64,000 bases of DNA from Pristiophorus japonicus. Taxonomy: Eukaryota. The notes beneath the pieces are model-generated. The model was not told where the DNA came from and ran no database searches. It saw only the letters and a list, made by a program, of their open reading frames with translations. Where the stretch lies: positions 52,266,001 through 52,330,000 of the forward strand of contig NC_091980.1 in the NCBI RefSeq assembly GCF_044704955.1, read 5' to 3'. The position numbers and the translations under genes were made by a program. Shown here piece after piece: positions 48,871 to 60,911 of the stretch (its first letter is position 1; every line of letters begins with the position of its first letter).

Positions 48871-51538
48871 GGCCTCAATTGTGGCCGAGCCCATTTTTCG
48901 GCGCACTTACCGGAGTTGCGCCGTTTATCAACATTCCGAGTTGCACCGGAAAAATTTTTTGCAACTTTGGCCGCTGTCCGGCGTCTTCACTGCAGTCGCG
49001 CAGCATGGCCAGTCGAGTCAGGGGTGGAGCCTGCGATCTGCATTGGAAAACGTGCCAGGACGCCTGCACATGCGCAGTGGAGTCTGCTGGTGATGTCCGC
49101 GCATGAGCAGTAGCGTTGCGAGTCTGCAACAACAGTCCCAATTGATGTAGGTCTCTCTGTCAATTTGAGAGCGTGGCAATGTTTTCCCTCCCTGTGTTGC
49201 TAGGCTCCTTTAGGTAAAATTCTCTGCCTTTATTCTGCCTCCTTTGTTGGGCTAGGGGCGGGCAGGAGAACTGCTAGAAATCATCGGCAGACAGGAGCCC
49301 TATCAGTTCTCCTGCCCGACCCTAGCCCTGGCCAAGTGGCTTCCCGGTGCATTGTCCCGCCCCTAGCCCTGGCCAGGTGGCTTCCTGGTGCATTATCCCA
49401 CCCCTAGCCCAGGCCGAGTGGCTTCCCGTGCATTATCCTGCCCCTAGCCCAGGCCGAGTGGCCTCCCGGTGCATTGTCCCGCCCCTAGCCCAGGCCGAGT
49501 GGCATCCCGTGCATTGTCCCGCCCCTAGCCCAGGCCGAGTGGCTTCCCGTGCATTATCCCACCCCTAGCCCAGGCCGAGTGGCCTCCCGGTGCATTGTCC
49601 CGCCCCCTAGCCCAGGCCGAGTGGCCTCCCGGTTCATTGTCCCGCCCCTAGCCCAGGCCGAGTGGCTTCCCGTGCATTGTCCCGCCCTTAGCCCAGGCCG
49701 AGTGGCTTCCCGTGCATTGTCCCGCCCCTAGCCCAGGCCGAGTGGCCTCGCGGTGCATTGTCCCGCTCTTAGCCCAGGCCGAGTGGCTTCCCGTGCATTG
49801 TCCCGCCCCTAGCCCAGGCCGAGTGGCCTCCCGGTGCATTGTCCCGTCCCTAGCCCAGGCCGAGTGGCTTCCCGTGCATTGTCCCGCCCTTAGCCCAGGC
49901 TGAGTGGCTTCCCGTGCATTGTCCTGCCCCTAGCCCAGGCCGAGTGGCCTCGCAGTGCATTGTCCCGCCCCTAGCCCAGGCCGAGTGGCCTCCCGGTGCA
50001 TTGTCCCGCCCCTAGCCCAGGCCGAGTGGCCTCGCGGTGCATTGTCCCGCCCCCTAGCCAAGGCCGAGTGGCTTCCCGTGCATTGTCCCGCCCCTAGCCC
50101 AGGCCGAGTGGCCTCGCGGTGCATTGTCCCGCCCCTAGCCCAAGCTGAGTGGCCTCCCGGTGCATTGTCCCGCCCCTAGCCCAGGCCCAGTGGCCTCCCG
50201 GTGCATTGTCCCGCCCCCTAGCCCAGGCCGAGTGGCCTCCCGGTGCATTGTCCCACCCTTAGCCCAGGCCGAGTGACCTCGCGGTGCATTGTCCCGCCCC
50301 CTAGCCCAGGCCAAGTGACCTCGCGGTGCATTGTCCCGCCCCCTAGCCCAGGCCGAGTGACCTCGCGGTGCATTGTCCCGCCCCCTAGCCCAGGCCGAGT
50401 GGCCTCCCCGTGCATTGTCCCGCCCCCTAGCCCAGGCCGAGTGGCCTCCCGGTGCATTGTCCCGCCCCTAGCCCAGGCCGAGTGGCCTCGCGGTGCATTG
50501 TCCCGCCCCCTAGCCAAGGCCGAGTGGCTTCCCGTGCATTGTCCCGCCCCTAGCCCAGGCCGAGTGGCCTCGCGGTGCATTGTCCCGCCCCTAGCCCAGG
50601 CCGAGTGGCCTCCCGGTGCATTGTCCCGCCCCTAGCCCAGGCCGAGTGGCCTCCCGGTGCATTGTCCCGCCCTTAGCCCAGGCCGAGTGGCCTCCCGGTG
50701 CATTGTCCCGCCCCTAGCCCAGGCCGAGTGACCTCGCGGTGCATTGTCCCGCCCCTAGCCCAGGCCGAGTGGCCTCCCGGTGCATTGTCCCGCCCTTAGC
50801 CCAGGCCGAGTGGCCTCCCGGTGCATTGTCCTGCCCCTAGCCCAGGCCGAGTGACCTCGCGGTGCATTGTCCCGCCCTTAGCCCAGGCCGAGTGGCCTCC
50901 CGGTGCATTGTCCCGCCCCTAGCCCAGGCCGAGTGACCTCGCGGTGCATTGTCCCGCCCTTAGCCCAGGCCGAGTGGCCTCCCGGTGCATTGTCCCGCCC
51001 TTAGCCCAGGCCGAGTGGCCTCGCGGTGCATTGTCCCGCACTTAGCCCAGGCCGAGTGGCCTCGCGGACCAGCCCGCTGCCTTCCCGGGCCAAGTTTGAA
51101 GATGAAGGTAGGACTTCAATTTTTTATTTCTTATTGAATTGTTAGTACTTTTTGTTTGCAAACATTGCTCAGGGTAAGGCTTGGTTGGTTTAGGTGCAGG
51201 TCTTCTCCGTTTCCCGCCCATATCCCAGGCCAAATGGCCTCCGATGTACTTACCTGCTCCGATTTCTTTAACTCTCCGCAAGGGATTTCTCAAGTGGCCA
51301 CATATGCTGGCCTTAAGTAGAAATGGAGTAACTATTAGCTGGCCAAAGTTGCCTAAATGGGCAGAACTGGCGTAGGTGGCTGGTAACGTCCCCTTTTGAG
51401 AAAAAAAACTAACCTAAATAAAAGGTAACTATCTGAGTGGTGCAAATTGATTGGAGAAACTGAGGATTTTTAAGTTACGCCAGAAAAAGCAGGTTACTCA
51501 AAAAAAAAACTGAGCAACTCCTTGCCAAAATTGAGCCC
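48871..51538. mobile_element. CpG-rich Harbinger-like MITE carrying a 1.75-kb minisatellite, inserted in an L2 tail
   Basis: TIRs GGCCTCAATTGTGGC / GCCAAAATTGAGCCC; internal motifs shared with 2673-4202. Confidence 0.8.
49317..51067. repeat. GC-rich minisatellite, 40-42 bp unit CCCCTAGCCCAGGCCGAGTGGCCTCCCGGTGCATTGTCCCG, ~42 copies
   Basis: Head-to-tail near-identical units (period 41 at 50581/50622) with no unique spacers. Confidence 0.98.
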
Positions 51539-51544
51539 TATATG

Positions 51545-53110
51545 AGGTGATTTTGATAAAAAGGAAGAAAATGGAATGAGAATAAATTAGCAAGACATAT
51601 AAAAACAGATTGTAAGAGTTTCTACAAGTATGTAAAACGGAAGAGAGTCGTAAAAGTAAGCATTGGTCCCTTAGAGGCTGAGACAGGAGAAATTATACTG
51701 GGGAACAAGGAACTGGCAGAAACTTTAAACCAAAATTTTGTATCTGCCTTCATAGTTGAAGACACAAAAAGCAAGGGGTAATAAGAGTGAGGAACTTAAA
51801 GTATTTAATATCAGTGGAGAAAAAGTACTTGAGAAATTATTAGGACTTATAGCTGACAAATCCATAGGACCTGGATGGCCTACATCCTAGGATTCTAAAA
51901 GAGATGGCTTCAGAAATAGTGAATGCATAGGTTGTGATCTTCCAAAATTCCTCGATTCTGGAACGGTCCCAGCAGATAGGAAGGTAGCAAATGTAACACC
52001 ACTATTCAAGAAAGGAGGGAGCGAAAACAGGGAAATACAGGACAGTTAGCCTGACATCAGGAAAATGCTGGAATCCATTATTAAGGAAGTGGTAACAGGG
52101 CACTTAGAAAATCATAATATGATTAGGCAGAGTCAACATGATTTTATGAAAGGGAAATAGTATTTAACAAATTTATTAAGAGTTTTTTGAGGATGTAACT
52201 AGCAGGGTAGATAAGAGGGAACAAGTGGATGTGGTGTATTTGGATTTCCAAAAGGCATTCGATAAGGTACCACATAAAAGGTTGCTATGCAAGATAAGGG
52301 CTCATGGGGCAATGTATTAGCATGAATAGTGGATTGGTTCTTCATAGGTAGTCCCTCGGAATCGAGGAAGACTTGCTTCCACTCTTAGGATGAGTCCTTA
52401 GCTGGCTGAACAGTCCAATACAAGAACCACAGTCCCTGTCACAGGTGGGACAGACAGTCGTTGAGGATAAGGGAGGGTGGGACAGGTTTGCCGCGCGTTC
52501 CTTCCGCTGCCTGCGCTTGGTTTCTGCATGCTCTCGGCGATGAGACTCAAGGCACTCAGCGCCCTCCTGGATGCACTTCTTCCAATTAGGACGATCTTTG
52601 TTCAGGGACTCCCAGGTGTCGGTGGGGATGCCGCACTTTATCAGGGAGGCTTTGAGGGTGTCTTTGTAACATTTCCTCTGTCCACCCTTGGCTCGTTTGC
52701 CTTGAAGGAGTTCCGAGTAGAGCGCTTGCTTTGGGACAACGTGGCCTGCCCAGCGGAGCTGATCAAGTGTGGTCAGTGCTTCAATGCTGGGGATGTTGGC
52801 CTGGTCGAAGATGCTAATATTGGTGCGTCTGTCTTCCCAGGGGATTTGTAGGATCTTGCGGAGGCATCGGTGATGATATTTCTCCAGCGACTTGAGGTGT
52901 CTACTGTACATGGTTAACAGACAGAGAGTAGGAATAAAAGATTCATTTTCAGGTTGGCAAGCTGTAACTACTGGGGTGCCACAAGGATTAATGCTTGGGC
53001 CTCATCTATTTACAATGTATATTAATGTCTTACATGAAGCAACTGAGTGTAATGCATCCAAGTTTGCTGATGATACAAAGTTAGGTGGAAAGTAAGCTGT
53101 GTGGAGGTCA
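51545..53110 (+). mobile_element. CR1 ORF2 fragment (degraded RT), interrupted by an RTE
   Basis: FYKYVKRKR, GLHPRILKE, DFQKAFDKVPH, GVPQG and [10 protein letters not shown] motifs. Confidence 0.9.
52340..52910 (-). mobile_element. RTE-clade LINE 3' fragment
   Basis: [45 protein letters not shown] and C-terminal CPTCDRDCGSCIGL.S; TGGTT on both sides (52335-39, 52911-15). Confidence 0.92.
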
Positions 53111-54250
53111 GAGATTCACTGAATCTATTTCTTTTGAAGGAAGACAGAGGAAAGATCCCAGAGTCACTAGAAGTAAATCTCTGCCATTGCAAAGGAGTTT
53201 TTGTATGTTTTAGTTTCTCCTCATGCTACAACTGATGGATATATGGATATATTCAGTTTAACTGCAGCTTATAAGGCAATGGTGCACTGCACTCTCAATG
53301 CAACTATTTGTTCTCATGTCATAGGCAAGGCCTTTTGGCTTCAGTTATCACAGAAAAACAGACCAGATAGCAAAATGTGATTCCCAAAATATTGATAAAA
53401 ATCTTGGAATTGCAGGTCATAAAAACAGAATTTGAGCTATTCAGTCACAAAAGCAGTGACCTTAATCATGGACCAATATTCAGGACTGATACTGATTTTT
53501 TTTTTTAGTTGTCTGCTTTTTGGGGCTGCTTCAACTTTCTTGAAGCTGTTTATCAGCTTTTATGAATTTCCTTGGTTGGCATGTATGAGGAACCCAACAC
53601 AAACATACATTAACTACATCATAACACCTTGTTGCTGGTTTGTTTACCACAAGTCACAATCACTCAGATTCAGCTTCTAACATCTAAACAGGCTGGGTTA
53701 AGCAGGTTTAACTACATATTATAACAGCACACAGCTATTTTCACTTCACGGCAGACAGTATTTTCATTTTAAAACCACATTTACTTTTAATTTTTATTCA
53801 TAAATCTTCATTTGAATTCAACAACAAATGCCAAGCAGAGCCTCTGGACTGCTCTGACTGAAATCCTTCTCATTTTAAATCAAAAATCGGAAAAGAACTG
53901 TCTTGTAAGAGGCTCAGCCATGTAACAAATTACTCTACTGATGAACCAATCTAATGGTGCAAATAATGTCACCATTTACAGCTGGAAGTTCAAGTGCAAT
54001 GCTTCTCATTTGTATTTACAGTGTAAATAATGTTTTGCAACTGCAATGTAAATTGGAGCCTATTAGAGTTTAAAGGTTAAGTACAGATGTCCTTGGAGCT
54101 GTTCAAAAAGACACATCGAAGGGATTGAAAGATTTATCACAATGTGCAGTTATTAACTGCACCACACCATAAGGGCAGGTCTGAGGATATAAATAATGCT
54201 TTTCTGTAGGACTGGGGTTATCCAATCCTTCACATTTACTGTCTCATTTT

Positions 54251-54362
54251 GACGTTGTGCGCTAGTGTAAAACGGATGACAGTGAGTCAGCAGCCCGTTT
54301 TACATCTCTGTAAAATGGGCTGCTGTCTCGCTATCACGTATTTTACACTATCGTATGAAGTC
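54251..54362. repeat. Palindromic hairpin element (~42-bp core stem, 4-nt loop)
   Basis: TAGTGTAAAACGGATGACAGTGAGTCAGCAGCCCGTTTTACA-TCTC-TGTAAAATGGGCTGCTGTCTCGCTATCACGTATTTTACACTA. Confidence 0.85.
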
Positions 54363-54432
54363 ATGATCTACCCCCCTGTGTTAGATTCAGGCGCATTTTC
54401 TCGCATCCTTTGTATCGCCTGAAGTTTATACA

Positions 54433-56045
54433 GTATTACATAGTATTTACAGCACAGAAACAGGCCATTCAACCCAACAGTCTATGCTGGTGTTTATGCT
54501 CCATACAAGCCTCCTTCACTTTCTTCATCTCTACCCTATCCACATATCCTTCTATTCCTTTCTCCCTCGTGTGTTAATCTTGCTCCCCATTAAATGTGTC
54601 TATGCTATTCGCCTCAACTATTCCTTGTGGTAGCAAGTTCCATATTCTTACCACTCTGAGTAAAGAAGTTTCTCCTGAATTCTTTTAGATTTATTAGTGA
54701 TCATCTTATATTTATGGCCCCTAATTTTGGACTCCCGCACAAGTGGAAATATCTTTTCAACATCTACCCTATCAAACCTCAACATAATTTTAAAGACCTC
54801 TATCAGGCCATCTCTGTATTCTCTTTTCTTGAGCAAAGAACTTTGTTCAATCTTTCCTGACAGCTTTAACCTCTCATTTCTGGTATCATCCTTGTAAATC
54901 TGTTTGCATCTTCGCCAGTGCCTCGATATCCTTTTTGTAATATGGAAGCCAGATCAGAGCACACTACTCTAAATGTGGTCAAACCAAGGTTCTATATAAG
55001 TTTAACATAACTTCTCTGCTTTTTAATTCTATTCCCTAAAAATGAACCCCAGTGCTTTGTTTAATGCTCTTAACCCGCACCCCAATTTTAAATGATTTGT
55101 GAATCTGTACTCTGAGATCTTTTTGCTCTTCTACCCCATTAGACAAACACAATTTTAGTTTGGAGGTGGGTAGGATAGGGAGCGGGGCCGCTGGAAAGTG
55201 GTTGGGAAACCTGGGAGAAAGGGGTTCCTGCAGGGCCTGATTAGCATTTAGAATCACTGTTTCCCGCCCACTGTCAGCCAGATAAAGAGGCTGGCCGGTG
55301 GTCAGACGGGTAGGCCTACAGCACCAGGCAGAGAGAAGGGAGGAAGGATCAGAGGCCGCAGTGGGGAAGTCGGAAAGCTGGAGGAGCATGGGAGGGGTGG
55401 AGGGGAGATCGGAGGATCGGAGGCCTCATGCAGAGGTAGATGGAGGCGGGAGGGGGGGGGGAATTGTCGGAGTGAAATCGTAAGGGGGGTGTCTGATTGC
55501 GGGGGGGTGGGGGGATGGGTGAGGCAGGAACATTGGATCCAGCAGGTAAATGGAAAGGCACTTGCCTCCTGGATCCAGCAGTCCTCATCTACCTTTAGCT
55601 GGCGGGTTCCCCGAGGCCTGGGTAACATGCCCACCCACAGCTGAATTTAAAATGGTGGGTCACCATGAGGCACAGAGCCTCATTATAATACTTCAAGTGC
55701 CAACCTGTTTCCTGTGAGTGGGTCGGCTGCCTGGCCCACGTCCCACCTCTGTTAAAACCGGAAGTGGGTGGTTTGGGGTCGGGATTAAGATCTTTAACTC
55801 TTTAACCTCCCATCTGACCCCAACCCACCCATTTTTTGCTTTAAAATTCCCCCTTATAGTCCAAGCAGTAAGTGGCCTCCTTATTCATTCTACCAAAATG
55901 CATCACCTCGCACATATTGGAATTAATTTGCTGTTTATATACCCATTCTCCAAGTTTGGTAATGTATTCTTGTAGTTTGTCAGTTTTCCTCAGTATTAAC
56001 TATATCCTCACAATTTGGTGTGGTCAACAAATTTTAATATTGTAC
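54433..56045 (-). mobile_element. Old CR1 3' portion, split by a GC-rich MITE-like insertion at ~55145-55853
   Basis: LIEVFKIMLRFDRVD and LYRTLV.PHLE motifs; CR1 sequence resumes after 55853. Confidence 0.75.
55145..55853. mobile_element. Degenerate GC-rich MITE-like element
   Basis: Interrupts a CR1; right end TAAAATTCCCCC resembles the other GGG..AATTT termini. Confidence 0.55.
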
Positions 56046-57861
56046 GTTTGAAAGTGCTGCTTATATCTTTAAGTAGCAGTGCATATGTGACAATATACTT
56101 TCTATGGGGTGAGACGAACTGGAAGAGCCTTATTCATTACAATGATGTTATGTGCAAGTGACAGGATGATGTCTTTCAGTGCAAAAATAATTTAACCATC
56201 CTTTTTTCCTTTGTGCTGTATCAACAAGTGAACAAATGTTTGCCAAATAATTTAATGTAGCCAGTGGCCCTTTAAACAAAATAGTATCTACTACTAAGGA
56301 GCTCCCACAGAGAAATATAAAACATTGAAACCCCATCATGCAAAAATGAATTTTGTAACAAATGGGCCAGCAGGTTACCTGCTTTGAGCTCTTTGTCTAT
56401 TGGGTGATAAGAAAGTGTACAAGTGGGACTTCAAGATGGATGGGGGAAGTGTAAAAATGGTAGTCAGGTCAAAGTTTAATGATCAGATTTCTGTATGGTT
56501 GCAAAACCAGCCTTGACAACCAATTTTTAATCAAATTTAAATCAATTTTTCGTTACGTGGGTTTTCATCTAAGATGTAGCATAGTATTGACTTCTTTAAT
56601 TCTGTCATGCTATGCAAGGGCAGATAAACAAGCTTCACTCACAGAAAAAACATGCCCTCATTTCATGTCATCAAATAATTCGCAAAGTTCAATCATTTTG
56701 CTGAGGTCATGTGCCTGAGAGGCCCCTAGCCGTTCAAATCAAATACTAATTTTTGTTTTATTTGTTTTTGGAATATGGAGGATGCGGGTATGGTAGCTTT
56801 TATTGCCCATTCTAGTTGCCCTGAAAAGTTGATGATGTGCCTTCTCCTTTAACCGCTGCAATCCTTGTGATGATGGTGTTCCTACAAAAGTGTTTAATAC
56901 AGAATTTCGGATTCTGACCCAGCAACATTGAACGAAGAATGACTTGTATGTGATGGTATTCTCACAACATTGCTGTTCTTTTAATGCTTGGCGGTGACAT
57001 CGTAGGAGAGGGAAGTGGGTGATTTTAATCTTCATATTGATTGGACAAATCAAATTGGCCAAGTTAGCTTTGAAGAGTTCATAGAGTGTATCTGGGATGG
57101 TTTCCTTGAACAGTACATTGTGGGACCAACCAGGGAGCAGGCTATCTTAGATCTGGTACTGTGTAATGAGACAGAATTAATAAATGATCTTATAGTAAAT
57201 GATCCTCTCGGAAAGAGTGATCATAGTATGGTTGAATTTAAAATTCAGTTGGAGGGTGAGAAAGTTGGGTCTCAAACCATGAAACTATAGACCAGTTCGT
57301 CTAACATCTGTCATTGGGAAAATGCTGGAGTCCATTATTAAGGAAGCAGTAACAGGACATTTGGAAAATCATGATGCAATGAAGCAGAGTCAGCATGGTT
57401 TTATGAAAGGGAAATCATGTTTGACAAATTTGCTGGAGTTCTTTGAGGATGTGACGAGCAGGGTGGATAAGGGAGAACCAGTGGATGTGGTGCATTTGGA
57501 TTTCCAGAGGCATTCGATAAGGTGCCATATAAAAGGTTACTGCACAAGATAAGAACTCACGGGGTTGGGGGTAATATATTAGCATGGATAGAGGATTGGC
57601 TAACTTAACAGAAAACAGAGAGTCGGGATAAATGGGTAATTTTCCGGTTGGCAAACGATAACTAGTTGGGTGCCACAGGAATCGGTGCAGGGTACTCAAC
57701 TATTTACAATCTATAATAATGACTTGGTTGAAGGGACCGAGTGTAATGCAGCCAAGTTTGCTGATGATACAAAGACGGCTGAGAAAGCAAATTGTGAGGA
57801 GGACACAAAGAATCTGCAAAGATATATAGACAGGCTAAGTGAGTGGGCAACATTTGGCAGA

Positions 57862-58997
57862 TCATAGAAATTTACAGCATGAAAGGAGGCCATTTTGGCC
57901 CATTGTGTCCACGCCGGCTGACCAAGAGCTATCCAGCCTAATCCCACTTTCCAGATCTTGGTCCGTAGCCCTGTAGAGGTTATGGCACTTTAAGTACACA
58001 TCCAAGTATTTTTTAAATGTGGTGAGGATTCCTGCCTTTACCACCCTTTCAGGCAGTGAATTCCAGACCCCCACCACCCTCTGGGTGAAGATATTTCCCC
58101 TCATATCTCCTCTAAATCTCCCCCCAATTACTTTAAGTCTATGCCCTGTGGTTGTTGACCCTCTGCCAAGAGAAACAGGTCCTTCCTATCCACGCTATCC
58201 ATGCTCCTCATAATTTTATGCACCTCAATCAGGTCTTCCCTTAGCCTCCTATGTTCCAAAGAAAACAGACCCAGCATCTCCAATCTTTCCTCATAGCTAA
58301 AATTCTCCAGTCTAGGCAACATTCTTGTAAATCTCCTCTGCACACTTTCCAATGAAATCACATCTTTCCTGTAATGTAGCGACCAGAATTGCACACACTA
58401 CTCCAGCTGTGGCCTAACCTGTTATGTATGGAGAAAGAGTCAGACTGAACACTGTGAGCTTAATGTAAAGTGTGACCTTGGTCTTTTATTGCAGGCCTCC
58501 AACCTGTGAAGCCTCCTTAAATACCTGTGCTCCCAAGGGATTATGGGATCCCTTGGGACTCCAGTGGATGAGCCTTCTGGTGATTGTACAGAGTAAATAC
58601 AAGTTTACATATAGAACATAACCAGTGTTTTATACAGTTCAAGCATAACCTCCTTGCTCTTATATTCCATGCCTCGACTAATAAAAGCAAGTATTCCATA
58701 TGCCTTCTTAACCACCTTATCTACCTGACCTTCATGGATCTGTGGATCTGCACTCCTAGGTCCCTCTGTTCCTCTACACTTTTCAGTGGCGTACCATTTA
58801 ATGTGTATTCCCTTGCCTTGTTAGACCTCCCCAAATACATTACCTCACACTTACCCGGATTGAATTTAATTTGCCACTGTTCTGCCCACCTGACCAATAC
58901 AATGATATCTTCCTACAGTCTGCAGCTTTCTTCTTCCTTATCAACCACACAGCCTATTTTAGTGTCATCTGCAAACTTCTTAATCATACCCCAACAT
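57862..58997 (-). mobile_element. Antisense CR1 3' portion nested in a CR1, containing a solo LTR
   Basis: Minus strand KFADDTKIG...QFWSLHYRKD...FTQRVVGVWNSLP, with the tail at ~57862. Confidence 0.9.
58420..58618 (-). mobile_element. Solo LTR (199 bp) with 5-bp TSD TAACC
   Basis: TGTTAT...AGAACA termini; TAACC at 58415-58419 and 58619-58623; excision restores the CR1; AATAAA on the minus strand. Confidence 0.88.
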
Positions 58998-59069
58998 TTG
59001 GAGTAAAACTGGGAAAGTGTGAGGTTATCCACTTTGGCAGGAAAAATAAAAAAGCAAATTATTATTTCA

Positions 59070-59525
59070 ATAAGAAATAGGAGCAGGAGTTCCGCCATTC
59101 AATAAGATCGTGGCTGATCTGATCCTGGCCTCAACTCCATTTCCCTGCCCGCTCTCCATAACCCTTGGTTCCCTTATCATTCAAAAATCTATCTACCTTA
59201 AATATATTCAAAGACGCAGCCTCCACAGCTCTCTGGGATAGAGAATTCCAAATATCCATGACCCTCTGAGAGATGAAATTCCTCCTCATCTCGGTTTTAA
59301 ATGGGCGACCCCTTATTCTGAAACTATGCCCCCTAGTTCTAGATTCCCCCATGAGGGGAAACATCCTCTCTGCATCTATCCTGTCAAGCTCCCTCAGAAT
59401 CTTATATGTTTCAATATCACCTCTCATTCTTCTAAACTCCAATGAGTCTAGGCCGAACCTGCTAAACCTTTCTTCATATGACAACTCCTTCATCTCAGGA
59501 ATCATCCTCGTGAACCTTCTCTGAA
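59070..59525 (-). mobile_element. Antisense CR1 3' end nested in a CR1
   Basis: MIPEMKELSYEERFSR...KGYGERAGKWS, followed by the 3' UTR. Confidence 0.9.
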
Positions 59526-60104
59526 GTGGAGTGAGATTATAAAATGCTGCAGTACAGAGGAATGTGGGGGTCCTTGTGCATGAAACACAAAAAGTTAGTA
59601 TGCAGGTACAACAAGTAATCAGGAAGGTAAATGGAATGTTGGCCTTTATTGAAAGTCGGATGGAGTATACAAATAGGAAAGTCCTGCTACAACAGTACAG
59701 GATATTGGTGAGACCACACCTAGAGTACTGTGTACAGTTTTGGTCTCCTTATTTAACGAGGGATATACTTGCATTGGAGGCAATTCAGAGAAGGTTCACT
59801 CGGTTGATTCCTGAGATGAAGGGGTTGACTTATGAAGACTGATCAAGTGCATCACTATGATTTGGGTGGTGTCAAACTTCTTGAGTGTTGCACCCATCCA
59901 GGGCAGTGTTGAGTATTCTATCACACTCCTGACTTGAGCCTTGTAGATGGTGAAGAGACTTTGTGGGGGTTTAGAAGGTGAGCTACTTATTGCAGAGTAC
60001 CAAGCTCCGCCATTCTATTGTAGCCACGAGGTTGAGATGGCTGGTCCAGTTCAGCTTCTGGTCAATGTTGACCCCAAGGGTGTTGATGGTAACTGCATTG
60101 ATGA

Positions 60105-60275
60105 ACATAACAACATAAGTAATAGGAGCAGCAGTGGACCATTTTGCCCCTCAAGCCTGCTCTGCCATTCTATAAGATCATGGCTGATCTTCTACCTCAA
60201 CTCCACTTTCCTGCACTAGGGATAGAGAATTCCAAAGATTCACCACCCTCTGAGTGAAGAAATTTCTCCTCACCT
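60105..60275 (-). mobile_element. Short CR1 3' tail fragment
   Basis: GAACATAACAACATAAG tail on +; RNFFTQRVVNLWNSL on the minus strand. Confidence 0.75.
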
Positions 60276-60329
60276 GTTAGAAATCAGTGGTGTCCAAAAT
60301 GTATCTGGTTTTGCAAACGATGCTGTGTT

Positions 60330-60911
60330 TACGCTGTGAAGCGTGGAGGCCCCGATCTGCGTGAGAACACCAGAGACATACAAGGGAGACATAAAAGGGC
60401 GAGCGGCGGCCCTGGACAGCATGGAGGCCCCTTCAGGGAGCAGCGCAAGCTAGTGCAGGAGGGCGACGGCAGTGAAGAGTGACATCATCAAGGTCCAGGT
60501 CGGTGATTGGAGCATAGGCAGATACAGCAGGAGCGGCGAGGTCGTGGCGAAGGAGCGGTAAGAGATTGTAGAGGGACAGGATCGGGGCCAAAGTGAAGCG
60601 TGAGTTCAGGGCCAGGGGCCCAGGGGCAGTACGGGCCAGGCCATACTGCGATATGTGTGCGCACTAGGTCCGTGCAGCAGAGCTGGTCTCCAGTCGTCTT
60701 GGGTAATCCTTACCACTGGACTAAGACCTAGCTCTGTCAAGCCCGTGTGGTGGCTGGTCTGCAACGGCCAACACATGTTAAAAAATCCACGCACAGGCAT
60801 CTTCCACCCTTCAGGATGTAGTTCGGGTCCTTCATTGAAACACCTGTGAACGCATCCTTTTTTGGTGTGGAAGCAAGTCATCCTTGTTTCGACGGACCGC
60901 CAATGATGATC
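60330..60911 (+). mobile_element. Non-coding RTE-tailed retroposon (SINE-like), copy 2
   Basis: Collinear with 40530-41000; ends GTGGAAGCAAGTCATCC...ATGATGATC. Confidence 0.85.

Larger units (their letters stand above)
57015..59840 (+). mobile_element. CR1 ORF2 with an internal deletion near 57280, split by two antisense CR1 insertions
   Basis: GDFNLHIDW...GKSDH joins directly to NYRPV. The host resumes at ~58998 (GKCEVIHFG) and ~59527 (GVLVHE). Confidence 0.88.

Noticed and set aside
49317-51067. Regular ~41-bp repeats suggesting a CRISPR array
   Set aside because: Units are head-to-tail with no unique spacers, there are no cas genes, and the context is vertebrate.
56379-56396. Possible 18-nt minus-strand micro-exon (AG|ACAAAGAGCTCAAAGCAG|GTAACC) of the FSTL gene
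   Set aside because: It lies within a dispersed repeat also found at 32733-32902, has a weak pyrimidine tract, and shows no recognisable FSTL4/5 similarity.
60700-60750. Twister-ribozyme-like words (TAA...CAAGCCCG)
   Set aside because: P4 and the downstream P2'/GAG/P1' strands cannot be formed, so it is not called as a twister.
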